Made by a program: the position numbers and the translations under genes. A stretch of 64,000 bases of DNA from Candidatus Poribacteria bacterium (GTDB lineage: Bacteria > Poribacteria > WGA-4E > WGA-3G). The DNA lies in assembly GCA_965197475.1 (NCBI GenBank), contig CBDANF010000003.1, positions 3,520,001 to 3,584,000 of the forward strand, read 5' to 3'. Positions 19,426 through 30,218 of this stretch are shown here, piece by piece (the stretch's first letter is position 1; each line of letters begins with the position of its first letter). The notes beneath the pieces are model-generated. The model worked only from the letters and a program-made list of their open reading frames with translations. It ran no database searches and was not told where the DNA came from.

Positions 19426-20198
19426 ATTGGACTCCCAGTTAGAATTTCGGGGCCATCCGATAGAACAGCCACTGTATGCTCAAAAAGGGCAGATAAGCTT
19501 CCATCTGATGTCGCAATTGTCCACCCATCTCCTAAGGCATCTACGCTTGGGTGTCCAGCGTTTACCATTGCTTCAATGGCGAGCACCATTCCTGGTCTTA
19601 GACGGACCCCACGCCCCGGCGTTCCGGTAGTAGGCACTTGCGGTTCTTCATGCAGATGCCGACCGATACCGTGCCCAGAAAAATTCTGAATTACGGAAAA
19701 TCCGGCTTTTTCAGCAACATTTTGCAGTTGGAAAGAGACATCACCTATACGGTTTCCCGGTTTTGCTGCTGATATGGCAGCATACAGCGAAGCTTTTGTT
19801 ACATCAAGTAATTTCTGTGCTTCGACTGAGATTTTTCCTACTGGAAAAGTAAAGGCGTTATCGCCGTGAAAACCGTCTATGTTCACAGCAGTGTCCACAC
19901 CGATAATGTCGCCCTCCAGGAGTTCTTCCGACTTATCAGGGATACCGTGAATGACTTTGTTGTTGACAGAGACACAGATTGTGGCGGGGTAAGGACTGTG
20001 CTGTGGAATTTGATACCCAAGAAATGATGAGGTGGCATTCAGGTTAGCAATCGTTTTGCGGGAGACCATCTCTAATTCATAAGTAGTAATCCCAGGCTGA
20101 ATTGCATCTGAAATTGCCTGCAGAACTTGAGCCGCTGCTTGACCGCTGTGCTTCATTTTCTCAATTTCGGCTCTGTTTTTGATTCTTATTTTTTGCAT
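19410..20198 (-). CDS. map: Methionine aminopeptidase type I
   Basis: HGIP, GFHGDNA, GHGIGRHLHEEP and FEHT motifs. Confidence 0.92.
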   Translation of the reverse strand: MQKIRIKNRAEIEKMKHSGQAAAQVLQAISDAIQPGITTYELEMVSRKTIANLNATSSFLGYQIPQHSPYPATICVSVNNKVIHGIPDKSEELLEGDIIGVDTAVNIDGFHGDNAFTFPVGKISVEAQKLLDVTKASLYAAISAAKPGNRIGDVSFQLQNVAEKAGFSVIQNFSGHGIGRHLHEEPQVPTTGTPGRGVRLRPGMVLAIEAMVNAGHPSVDALGDGWTIATSDGSLSALFEHTVAVLSDGPEILTGSPIWENQ

Positions 20199-20274
20199 AT
20201 TTTAAAAAGTGGTTTTCAGTTAAAAAATGCCCAAGGCAAAATAACTTCACAGAAAACCTATACTGTTAACGTTG

Positions 20275-21672
20275 TTATCCGACAATTTCTCCAATCAACG
20301 TATGTGCCGTAGCAGAATGGATTTGGACATTTACTATATCACCGACCTGAGTGTTTTCCTTCGGAAAAACTGTCGTCTTGAACGTATCTGTTTTACCTTG
20401 ATACTGCTCCGCATCACGTCGACTTTTTCCTTCAACTAAAACAGGAACAGTTGATCCTAATGTCTCATGATTGATGTCCATAGAGATTTGCTCTTGCAGC
20501 GAAATAATCTCATTCAAACGTCTCCCTTTTTCAACTTCAGGTACATCGTCGAATAATGTTTTATCCGCTAACGTCCCTTCCCGTTCAGAGTACTTGAACA
20601 TAAACGCAGAATCGAATCGGATGTCTGCCATCAGTTGGTAGGTTTGCAGAAAATCTTCTTCGGTTTCTCCACAAAAGCCCACAATCACATCAGTTGAAAG
20701 CGCGATCTGTGGAATCCGTTCCCTGAGTTTTGAAACCAGTTCACGATATTCCTCTGCTGTGTAGGTACGCCGCATGCGTTCTAATACCGTTGTTGAACCG
20801 GATTGCAACGGAAGATGAAGTTGTTTACACACCTGTGGACAATTTTCTATTGCATCAATCATGCTGTCAGTTGCATCTGCTGGGTGAGGAGATGTAAATC
20901 GTACCCGTTCCACACCGTCAACTTCAGCAATAGACCATAGAAGTTTTCCAAAATCATGACGACCATCGTGATAAGAATTTACGGTTTGTCCGAGTAGAAC
21001 AATCTCTTTAAACCCTTCATCAACAAGTCGCTTGACATCATCTATGAGGAGTTTTAGTGGTATGCTTCGTTCTCTACCCCTTACAAACGGAACGATACAG
21101 AAGGTACACATCTTATCGCATCCGCGCTGAATAGTGAGCCATGCCCGAATGCCTTCTTTTCGAATAGGAGCAATGTCTGCATAGTCCTCGCTCTTATCCA
21201 ACTGTAAATTAAGGAAGGGGTCACCATTGGCTACAGCATTGAGTGCCATCGGTAGATTACGATACGCATCGGGTCCCATTACAAGGTCTACATACGGTGC
21301 AGCTTCCAGAAGTTTGTCTCGAAGATGTTGTGCCATACATCCGCAAACCCCGATAATTAGATTACCTTCTCGCCGCTTCTGATGATTCAAATGCTTAAGC
21401 CGATTGATGACTTTAGTTTCAGCGTTCTCTCGAATGGCACAAGTATTGAGTAAGATGACATCGGCATCAACAATGTCGGAAACGGTCCGGTGTCCTGCTT
21501 GCGTCAAGATGCCTGCCATTAGTTCACTATCACTGACGTTCATCTGACATCCATAAGTTTCAATATAGACATTGCGCGCTGGTGCCTGGCTGCGGAGTGA
21601 TGAGGGTATCTGCAAATCCAGTTTTGGAACGTTTTTATAGATAGGTAAGTTGTTTGTTGTATTTATTGTCAC
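20275..21672 (-). CDS. miaB: tRNA methylthiotransferase MiaB
   Basis: TYGCQMN, NTCAIRENAE, GCDKMCTFC radical-SAM motif, TRAM domain. Confidence 0.92.
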   Translation of the reverse strand: MTINTTNNLPIYKNVPKLDLQIPSSLRSQAPARNVYIETYGCQMNVSDSELMAGILTQAGHRTVSDIVDADVILLNTCAIRENAETKVINRLKHLNHQKRREGNLIIGVCGCMAQHLRDKLLEAAPYVDLVMGPDAYRNLPMALNAVANGDPFLNLQLDKSEDYADIAPIRKEGIRAWLTIQRGCDKMCTFCIVPFVRGRERSIPLKLLIDDVKRLVDEGFKEIVLLGQTVNSYHDGRHDFGKLLWSIAEVDGVERVRFTSPHPADATDSMIDAIENCPQVCKQLHLPLQSGSTTVLERMRRTYTAEEYRELVSKLRERIPQIALSTDVIVGFCGETEEDFLQTYQLMADIRFDSAFMFKYSEREGTLADKTLFDDVPEVEKGRRLNEIISLQEQISMDINHETLGSTVPVLVEGKSRRDAEQYQGKTDTFKTTVFPKENTQVGDIVNVQIHSATAHTLIGEIVG

Positions 21673-21883
21673 TGGTTTTTCCGCACCTATTTATCTTAGT
21701 AAATTTTACTCCTATGCCCTCAAAAAACTCACGGAACTCATCTTCAAGCACATCTTTAGTGGCATTTTCGGCGAGCAGAGCGGTGAGACGTGCACGGGAG
21801 GCAAAGAACGCGCTATTCACAATTGACTCCAGCCATGCACAAAATTGTGCATGAGTTAATTCGGTAAGATCGGGTGTCACCAC
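21635..21883 (-). CDS. Hypothetical protein
   Basis: Fills the gap in a minus-strand operon; AGGA RBS. Confidence 0.35.
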   Translation of the reverse strand: MVTPDLTELTHAQFCAWLESIVNSAFFASRARLTALLAENATKDVLEDEFREFFEGIGVKFTKINRCGKTSDNKYNKQLTYL

Positions 21884-21898
21884 TTTTCCTAATTGTGC

Positions 21899-22711
21899 CT
21901 ACAAACTTACATTGTTTGAAGGCAGGTAGTTTTGATAATAATCCGATATGTCAATCGTAAACAGATCTCCAATATAGATTACCACACGATATTTTAACGT
22001 CCGAGTTGCGTTGGCATCTAAAATAAACCGTGGGGTTTGTGTGAACAGAAAACCAAGGTACGCATCCTCAGCGAGGAAGCGCGTTTTACCATTTTCAGGG
22101 TGTGAAAGGATTGCCACGCCAATAGCTGTATTAGCAGTGATTCCACACAACGTTCCCCACTCCGATTCTTGTCCGTTTACTTCCGATTCGCCAATTCTCC
22201 CGTTTGAATCTGCCGCCTTCCGATATTCCATCTCTACCGCGTAGTACCCCAGTCCGAAGTCGTCTATAAATTCAACAGGGTTAGAAGGTGTGTGCAGAAC
22301 TACCTTCAAGTCCAGAATCCGCACATCATTTTGGAGCGGGTGAACTGTCGCTTTAAATGTCTCTATCAGGACAGGATTAGAATCTTCCCAAGTTGTCTCA
22401 CAAACGAATTTGGCTAATTCTTCAGTTGCAGAGGATTTAGATGTTTCTCTATCGAGTTTCGGAACACTCCGATGCAGTGGAATAGGATTCCCGTTTTCGT
22501 CTTTCACTGTTCCAAATGAGAAACATATCCCTGGTAAATGTCTTTGTTCAGTTTCCCCTATTCCCTCCGTCACTACTTGTCCATTCGGAGCATAGATCGG
22601 ATGAAAATATGAACGCGATACCGACTCACCATAGCAATAGGTGAGTACCAACTCGCCTTCCTCTGTGATGGATATCTCTTTTCCAGCAACTTCGTCCAAC
22701 ATAAATGCCAT
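21899..22711 (-). CDS. PmoA-like/DUF6807 family protein
   Basis: SYFHPIYAPNGQVVT...H.PG and ILSHPEN motifs. Confidence 0.55.
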   Translation of the reverse strand: MAFMLDEVAGKEISITEEGELVLTYCYGESVSRSYFHPIYAPNGQVVTEGIGETEQRHLPGICFSFGTVKDENGNPIPLHRSVPKLDRETSKSSATEELAKFVCETTWEDSNPVLIETFKATVHPLQNDVRILDLKVVLHTPSNPVEFIDDFGLGYYAVEMEYRKAADSNGRIGESEVNGQESEWGTLCGITANTAIGVAILSHPENGKTRFLAEDAYLGFLFTQTPRFILDANATRTLKYRVVIYIGDLFTIDISDYYQNYLPSNNVSL

Positions 22712-22856
22712 GTGCTAATTATATCATGCATACTCTAGTTAATGCAAACGTAATTCGGATTGGATTGTTTTCTGTTGCCATAATAAGGTATACTTTAAAA
22801 CCTAATTCCTGATTTTCGAGATCCTCCAAAAAACAATTATACGAAGGGAATAAGAC

Positions 22857-23555
22857 ATGGCACCTATTATTGGTATTCCTGCGGTAGATTCTGCAGCAAA
22901 GTATAAGTTTGAGAACTATAAAAACGTAATTGAGCAGCACGGAGGAGTCGTTCGCTTTTTGGTCCGAGACGAACAATCTATTGAAGAATTTGCCGCAGGT
23001 ATTGATGGGCTTTTACTACCGGGGGGTGGTGACCTTGATCCAAAAAATTTCAATCAAGAATGGCATCCTACACTAAAATATGTTAACGAGGATCGTGATG
23101 AATTAGAGTTGTCAATATTCAAGCAGGCGATTGAAAAGGATACCCCTACTATAGGGATTTGTTTTGGTATCCAGATCATGAATGTTGCAATGGGCGGGGA
23201 CATATATCAAGATATAGAGTCTGAATATCCACAAGAAACTCTCACACATCCTCAGGTAGGTGGTGAGGATTCCCTGCATGAAATTGAGATTGAACCTAGC
23301 AGTCTGTTAAGCAAACTTGTAGGCAAAAGTAAAGACTTCGTCAATTCAGCACATCATCAAGCAGTAGACAAGGTTGGTGAAGGGTTTGTTGTAACAGCTC
23401 GTTCAAATGATGGTATCGTTGAGGCTATTGAAAATCCATCAAAGCGGTTTGTCGTAGGTGTGCAATACCATCCAGAGCGGATGCTCGCCACCGAGGAATT
23501 CCGTGAACACAGACACAAACTATTTGAGGCATTTATTAAGGCTGCTTCTGAATAA
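22857..23555 (+). CDS. Peptidase C26 / gamma-glutamyl-GABA hydrolase family
   Basis: LPGGGD, GICFG, NSAHHQ and VQYHPE motifs. Confidence 0.88.
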   Translation: MAPIIGIPAVDSAAKYKFENYKNVIEQHGGVVRFLVRDEQSIEEFAAGIDGLLLPGGGDLDPKNFNQEWHPTLKYVNEDRDELELSIFKQAIEKDTPTIGICFGIQIMNVAMGGDIYQDIESEYPQETLTHPQVGGEDSLHEIEIEPSSLLSKLVGKSKDFVNSAHHQAVDKVGEGFVVTARSNDGIVEAIENPSKRFVVGVQYHPERMLATEEFREHRHKLFEAFIKAASE

Positions 23556-23577
23556 CACTATCCGAAAAACGGTGTTG

Positions 23578-24510
23578 TTAAAAATTCGCAATCAAAGAAA
23601 ATCGGTGTGCCAGTCCCAAGTCACCGAAAGATATAAGGGCGTAATCAATCTGGAACCGTCGAAGCGTCAAGCCAAAACCCCCTCTCAGTCCTGAAATCGC
23701 GCCTAAATCGTTTCCACCGAATTTGTATTTATAGCCTGTCCGAAGTTGCAATACGTTGCCTATCGTATAGCCTATTCCTGTCCCAACAGCGTTATCATTG
23801 TCGGTAGGGCGGATGATGTCCATCGTTAAGATAACAGCCTCGTTCCAAAGTTTATACGCGCCCCCAAATCTGAAAGTAAAAGGGAGTTCAAACGTATCCT
23901 CTATAAATTTCACTCGTGGTCCCACGTGCTGGGCATTGAAGCCGAATGAAAGCGGAATGTCCGAAAAAGTGTATAATCCACCGAAATCGAATGCTATCCC
24001 GCTACCGCTTTCGTCAACGATCTGTTCCCGCAATAATTTTGCGTTTACACCCAAAGCTAACGTCTTACCGAAACCACGTGCGTACGAGAGAATCATTGCA
24101 AGATCGTAAGGACGGAATATCGTTGTCTCATTCCCGTCTTGATCGCGTCCATCCAGTTCACCGTAGGATAAGAAATTCGCACTTACGCCAACTGTGTTTT
24201 TTTTCCCAATCGGAAGCGCAAACCCAACGAACTCGTGATTGATTTCTGCGAACCATTCATTATGCATGAGTGCAAGTTGCGGCTTTTGAAGTTTCGCGAG
24301 ACCGGCGGGATTCCAATACGACGCGTAAAGATCATCGGTCACAGCGACTTGAGACTCTCCCATCCCTATCGCCTTCGCACCGACACCTATTTTGAGGAAT
24401 GTCATCGCGCGAGTGCCAGCATTTTCGTGGATGTCTGTGTTATCCGCTACCACAGGAACGCACGTGAGAATGAAAGTGATGATGAGGACGCAAGCAAAGA
24501 TTTGGTTCAT
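23578..24510 (-). CDS. PorV/PorQ (UPF0164) family outer-membrane beta-barrel
   Basis: FLKIGVGAKAIGMGE, YWNPAGLA, LRTGY, C-terminal Phe. Confidence 0.75.
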   Translation of the reverse strand: MNQIFACVLIITFILTCVPVVADNTDIHENAGTRAMTFLKIGVGAKAIGMGESQVAVTDDLYASYWNPAGLAKLQKPQLALMHNEWFAEINHEFVGFALPIGKKNTVGVSANFLSYGELDGRDQDGNETTIFRPYDLAMILSYARGFGKTLALGVNAKLLREQIVDESGSGIAFDFGGLYTFSDIPLSFGFNAQHVGPRVKFIEDTFELPFTFRFGGAYKLWNEAVILTMDIIRPTDNDNAVGTGIGYTIGNVLQLRTGYKYKFGGNDLGAISGLRGGFGLTLRRFQIDYALISFGDLGLAHRFSLIANF

Positions 24511-24782
24511 AAAGTTTTTCGTATAACCTATTGAAAGTAGATCCGTCAATTCAATTGCTGAAATCTATTTGGGTTAGTGTAGATACCTTCGGTTTTATTC
24601 ATTTTTATTGATAGAATTATTGTATCACATCGTCGAATGGGAGTCAACCTACAATTCGGTTGAATCCTCAAAAAAGCATTATAACTATTAAAATTTTTTA
24701 TTGTCTTTTTGCATGTAATTATGGTACAATATCATTACACATGATAAAATTGGGAGTAGTTTATTAAAAAGGGAAAATTCAC

Positions 24783-25124
24783 ATGCCAATAGAATCTGCC
24801 ACATTGCCACCTGGTCACTATATGATCGCTGACCCAAATTATTTTAAGGACTATGAACCTTATACCTTCTTTTGGACTTATAGTGACGGTGCATTCTATG
24901 ATAACTTAGATAATTGTTACTATGTAGATTCAGCACGGATCGCTGTTTTCCAGATAGAAAAGAAACCTAACAAAATTCCAAAAGGGACACACTACTTCTT
25001 TTTCAAAAGTCCTTGGAAAATTGATTTTGATATGAATCACCTCTTGGAGCAGATTAAGATTACAGCTCTCTCATTCGAGGATATTAGTCCAAATTTTTTC
25101 GATCCTATTCTCTTTGATAATTGA
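24783..25124 (+). CDS. Hypothetical protein at the start of the defence island
   Basis: 113-aa AT-rich ORF with IADPNY, YSDG and VDSARI motifs. Confidence 0.5.
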   Translation: MPIESATLPPGHYMIADPNYFKDYEPYTFFWTYSDGAFYDNLDNCYYVDSARIAVFQIEKKPNKIPKGTHYFFFKSPWKIDFDMNHLLEQIKITALSFEDISPNFFDPILFDN

Positions 25125-25214
25125 GATGCCTTCGTTGAGTATTTTGTGTGTCTCCACTTGTAAATGAAACTTTGTATTGTTACGTTACGTAATTTCTTTG
25201 GAAGGAGCGGAATT

Positions 25215-26618
25215 ATGGCAGAAACTTCTTATAGTATCTTTGATTCACGCACTCCTGATGATATCCACCGCGAAATTCAAGAAGTTTATCTTAAAAAAGC
25301 GCGTCCTTGGGTTATAGGATATAGTGGCGGAAAAGATTCTTCTGCTGCACTTCAACTCGTGTGGTATGCCCTTGCAGATTTGCCACCAGAAGATCGAAAG
25401 TATCCAGTTTATGTCATCTCATCCGATACCCTCGTTGAAACGCCAGTGATTGTGGGTTATATTACGGGTACTCTTGAACGTCTCGAAAAGGTTGCACGCA
25501 AAGAAAAAATGCCATTTCAGACAGATATTGTCCGTCCAAAAATAGAAGATACGTTTTGGGTTAATCTTATTGGTAAGGGTTACCCTGCACCTTACAGTAA
25601 ATTTAGGTGGTGCACTGACCGCATGAAAATTAAACCTGCCAACCGTTTTATCTTGGACAAAGTTGCCGAATATGGTGAAGTTATCATGGTACTTGGTGTT
25701 CGTAAGGGCGAGAGTGCTACGCGTGATCAAGTTTTAAGTTTGCACAGTATACAAAATTCTCCGCTTCTGCGGCATAGCACGTTACCGAATGCTTTTGTCT
25801 ACGCACCTATTATTGACTTCAGCTTGAACGATGTTTGGTTTTATTTGTTGAATGTCCCTTCACCATGGAATAACGATAATAAGGAACTTGTCACTCTTTA
25901 CCGAAACTCGAATGCTCAAGGTGAATGCCCACTTGTTGTTGATGAAACGACTCCATCTTGTGGAAACAGTCGCTTTGGATGCTGGACCTGTACCGTAGTT
26001 ACAAAAGATAAAGCGATAGAAGGGCTTATTGATAGTGAAGAAGATTGGATGTTACCTCTTCTTGAGTTCCGCGACTTTCTCGCTGAAACGCAAGAACCCG
26101 AAAATAAACCTGGAATCCGTGAACACAGGCGAAGTAACGGTCAAGTTACAATCCTCAATAATAAACTTATTCACGGCCCCTATACGCTGAGATTCTGTCA
26201 GCAGCTCTTGGAGAAACTTCTCAACGTCCAAGAACAGGTGCGCAAAGAAGGTCCCGACCCCGAAATCAAACTTATCACTGACGACGAACTTGAGGAAATC
26301 CGAAAAATTTGGAGAACCCAACGCCAAGATTGGGAAGATGCAGTGCCACAGATTTATTCTGATGTAGTTGGTGAGCGCGAGTGGATTGTTGACGATACAA
26401 CTGCTTTTACTGCATCAGATAAGGAACTGTTATCTAAAATCTGTAGTGAAAATGGAGTCCCTGTTACACTTGTGGCAAAATTGTTAGATATCGAGCGACA
26501 GATGGATGGGATGAGTAGGCGTGCAGGAATACAATCCCAAATTGATACTATTTTCCATGAGGATTGGCGTTCGGAAGAAAAAGTACGCGACAGCGTAGAT
26601 AGTAGTGGGCAACAATGA
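25215..26618 (+). CDS. dndC: DNA phosphorothioation sulfurtransferase DndC
   Basis: PWVIGYSGGKDS, DTLVETP, RWCTDRMKI, GECPLV, SCGNSRFGCWTCTVV. Confidence 0.92.
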   Translation: MAETSYSIFDSRTPDDIHREIQEVYLKKARPWVIGYSGGKDSSAALQLVWYALADLPPEDRKYPVYVISSDTLVETPVIVGYITGTLERLEKVARKEKMPFQTDIVRPKIEDTFWVNLIGKGYPAPYSKFRWCTDRMKIKPANRFILDKVAEYGEVIMVLGVRKGESATRDQVLSLHSIQNSPLLRHSTLPNAFVYAPIIDFSLNDVWFYLLNVPSPWNNDNKELVTLYRNSNAQGECPLVVDETTPSCGNSRFGCWTCTVVTKDKAIEGLIDSEEDWMLPLLEFRDFLAETQEPENKPGIREHRRSNGQVTILNNKLIHGPYTLRFCQQLLEKLLNVQEQVRKEGPDPEIKLITDDELEEIRKIWRTQRQDWEDAVPQIYSDVVGEREWIVDDTTAFTASDKELLSKICSENGVPVTLVAKLLDIERQMDGMSRRAGIQSQIDTIFHEDWRSEEKVRDSVDSSGQQ

Positions 26619-28622
26619 TTCTCCACAAACTTACCCTTAATAACTTCGGTTTGTTCCACGGAACCCAGTCCGTACAACTGACACCTAATGGTACGGGACC
26701 TATAATCTTAATTGGTGGAATGAATGGTTCCGGTAAAACGATGCTGCTTGATGCAGTTCGCCTCTGTCTCTACGGCAAACGTTCGCTGGGGCCCGTGTTA
26801 GCGATAATGAATATTATGAGTACCTTTCCACAATGATCCACCGCACCCCATCCGCAACATTACCATTAAATCAGGCTTCTGTATCACTTGAATTTGAATA
26901 TGCACGCAGTGGTGAAAAAAAATTGTACCGTGTAGAACGTTCTTGGCGGCAGCAAGGTAAAACCCACCGCTCTATAAATGAAGGTTTGACCTTTTCCGAA
27001 AATAACAATTTAAACGTAAACATTGAAGCATCACACTGGCAAGAATATATCAATGAACTCGTTCCAGTTGGAGTATCACAGTTTTTCTTTTTTGACGGTG
27101 AAGATATCCAGAAATTGGTTGATGACTCAAGTCACGATCAGTTTCTTGCAGAATCAACTAAAGCATTGCTCGGTCTAAATTTAGTGGAAAGGTTACAATC
27201 GGATTTGCGAATCTATGCAAACCGTCTGGTCAAGCGCGACAGTCCAGAACCCATTAAAGAAGAAATAGAAGCGATAGAATCAGAAATCTCTACTCTTGAA
27301 ACTTTGTTTGTAGATGCCGAAATACACAAAGAAACACTACAGGATAAAATTGAGAAATTAGAGACGCAGATTGCACGCCAAGAAGCACGTATTGCTGCCG
27401 AAGGCGGCGGTTATGCAGAGAAAAGGGAAAATCTAAATTTACAACAAGGAAAACTCCTTGCTGATATTGAGGCGTTAGAAAATGACATTCGTGACCTTTG
27501 TGAAGAACTATTTCCGTTCTCATTAGTTCCTGAACTACTTGAAAAGTTAAGAGATAGACTTCTTAAAGAGATAGAATTAGACGAGTGGGAAGCGGAAAAG
27601 CGTGCCTTGAAAACCCAAAATAAGCAGCTTCTTGAAACCATCACGTCCGCCACATTTTGGGATGATGCGTCTTTATCTGAAACTGAAATAAAAGCAGTCC
27701 ATACTAAACTTACCCCACTATTGAAAAAGCGACGTAGACGCCCAAAAGAATTGGGAGGATTCAAAATAATCCGTGACCGTTCCCCTTCCGAGTACGGAAA
27801 TCTATTTGACTGGATTGATGCCTGTCTCAACGATGTCCCTCAGGAATTTGTCGAATTGAACAATTCGCTAAAGGAGGCACAATCAGAATTGAAAAAAGTT
27901 GAAGAAGATCTCCAAAGAGTGCCAGCAGAAGAGGTTTTGAAACCGATGATTGAGAAACTGTCGGTATTAAACCAGAAACTTGGACAGTTACGCAAGCAAG
28001 CGCAAGATGCAAACGAATCTATCCACTCCTTGACTTACCAACTTGAGATAGCGGAGCGAAAACGTGAAAAATTACGTTATAATCAGCAGCTTGGACAAGC
28101 ACACATTCGACGCCAAGAACAAGTACACGATGTACATTCAGTCCTTTCGGAGTATACGAAACAATTGACGCAAGCCAAAATTTCTACGTTGAGCAATGCA
28201 ATTGTTGATAGTTTCAATCAACTTTCACACAAAACAAATCGAATTAAACACGTTGAAATAGACCCTCAGAGCTTTGTTGTGACGCTTTACGATACAAACA
28301 ATCACACGCTCTCAAAAGAAGAATTGTCAGCAGGTGAAAAGCAGATATACACAACTGCCGTTTTGTGGGGATTAGCAAAAACCTCCGGCAAGCCACTTCC
28401 GATGATTCTGGCACACCCCTTGGTCGCTTGGACACCAGTCACCGAGAACTTCTTGTTGAACGCTATTTTCCGTACGTTAGTCATCAAGTCATCCTGCTCT
28501 CTACTGACACTGAAATTGATGAACATTCACACTCACTCTTAGAACCTTATATTTCACACATGTTCCATTTAGTATATAAAAAGTCAGACGAAAATACCAC
28601 AATTGAGGAAGGTTATTTTTAG
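26615..28622 (+). CDS. dndD: DNA sulfur modification ATPase DndD, frameshifted at ~26790 and ~28410
   Basis: GGMNGSGKT, FFFFDGE, LSAGEKQI and TPLGRLD..HR...VILLSTDTEI across three frames. Confidence 0.85.
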
Positions 28623-28658
28623 AACTATTCCGAAAATTGAATTTCTTGAAGGATCAAA

Positions 28659-29540
28659 ATGGGATTAGCAAATTGGTTTAACACGTTTTGTAGAAATCTC
28701 CAAGTTCAGGATGGGGGGACAATTTCCACTCGTTACAAAGCGATAACTCGTAGACTAAACACAGATTTCTGGAACACAACATCTGATACTTCACATAGCC
28801 TATATGTAGGTTCGTATGGTCGAAATACTGCCATTCAAGGGTTCAGTGATCTTGATATGATTTTTCGACTTCCCTATTCAATTTACAAACAGTACGATCA
28901 ATATGAGGGTAATGGTCAGTCAGCTCTACTACAAGCGGTAAAAAATTCCATTGCAAAGACTTATTCAACTACAACTATTGGAGCAGATGGACAAGTAATT
29001 GAAATTACCTTTACTGATGGTATAACATTTGAAATTGTACCCGCCTTTATCAATACTAATGACAGTTACACTTATCCTGATTCAAATGATGGAGGATGCT
29101 GGCGCGTAACGAACCCGAAGCCGGAAATTGAAGCCATTCGAACTAGGAACAACGATTGCAACAATAACTTAGTGCCATTGTGCAGGATGATGCGGGCATG
29201 GAAATCAAAATGGACTGTGCCGATTGGAGGACTTTTAGTTGATACCCTTACTTACCAGTTCATCGCCAGCTGGAAATATAGGTATAAATCCTTTTTGTAC
29301 TACGGTTATATGTGTAGAGATTTCTTTCTCTTTATGGCAAACCAAGACGCAGATCAGGAATATTGGCTTGCACCAGGTAGTGGACAGTATGTTTATGGGA
29401 AAGGGCTCTTTCAATGGAAAGCTAAGAGGTGTTACAACATCTCTCTTGAAGCAATAGCACATGAAAACGCTAATCCAAAACGTGAATGGTCAGCAAAGCA
29501 AAAATGGAGAGAAATCTTTGGAAACTCGTTCCCATCTTAA
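28659..29540 (+). CDS. cGAS/DncV-like nucleotidyltransferase (CD-NTase/SMODS)
   Basis: GSYGRNTAI..SDLD, EIVPAF, TNP and WREIFG motifs. Confidence 0.85.
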   Translation: MGLANWFNTFCRNLQVQDGGTISTRYKAITRRLNTDFWNTTSDTSHSLYVGSYGRNTAIQGFSDLDMIFRLPYSIYKQYDQYEGNGQSALLQAVKNSIAKTYSTTTIGADGQVIEITFTDGITFEIVPAFINTNDSYTYPDSNDGGCWRVTNPKPEIEAIRTRNNDCNNNLVPLCRMMRAWKSKWTVPIGGLLVDTLTYQFIASWKYRYKSFLYYGYMCRDFFLFMANQDADQEYWLAPGSGQYVYGKGLFQWKAKRCYNISLEAIAHENANPKREWSAKQKWREIFGNSFPS

Positions 29541-30135
29541 TGACTTGTCTGAACCGTGTCAGGTACTTGAAGGGCAGCTGCGTGAGTGTTTTGGCAGAGT
29601 TGTTTATTCACACAAAACCCATGAAAAATGTGCGGATATTCTTTTGAAACGCCTTTCAAGAATGAAATCTTGCGTAATTGTTCTATCTGCGATAACGACA
29701 GTTGGTTGTATTTCGCAGCTTTTCAGTTTAGAAAGAATAGGTGCAATCATTGCAAGTTTTATTTCTGCCATACTTCTCGGCTTCACTCTATACACGAAGG
29801 ATTATAATTTAGCTGAGCTTGCACAAAAGCATAAACAAGCAGCAAATAATATTTGGCTTATTCGAGAAAAATATCAATCGTTAATCACGGATCTAATAAT
29901 TGGAGAAAAACCGATAGAAACTATACAACATGAAAGGGATATCTTGATGGAAGACCTTCATTTAGCTTATTCCAGTGCACCAAGTACCACTTCTAAAGCT
30001 TATAAGAAAGCACAACAAGCATTGAAGTACAATGAGGATATGACATTTTCAGATGAGGAAATTGATGTGTTTTTACCTAAAGAACTGAGGCGAAATCAGA
30101 CTGCTGTTTCACAATCAAATGACCAATATTCATAA
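29518..30135 (+). CDS. SLATT two-TM CBASS effector
   Basis: ECFGRVVYSHKTHEK; two TM helices; HKQAANNIWLIREKY; TFSDEEIDVFLP; TTG start overlapping the CD-NTase end. Confidence 0.8.
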   Translation: METRSHLNDLSEPCQVLEGQLRECFGRVVYSHKTHEKCADILLKRLSRMKSCVIVLSAITTVGCISQLFSLERIGAIIASFISAILLGFTLYTKDYNLAELAQKHKQAANNIWLIREKYQSLITDLIIGEKPIETIQHERDILMEDLHLAYSSAPSTTSKAYKKAQQALKYNEDMTFSDEEIDVFLPKELRRNQTAVSQSNDQYS

Positions 30136-30218
30136 TTCTGTTTTATTCTTCTTACCCTTAAAGATTACGTTCAAGTCTCCTAAATTCCTCCATGAATAGT
30201 ATTAGGCAACCCACTAAG

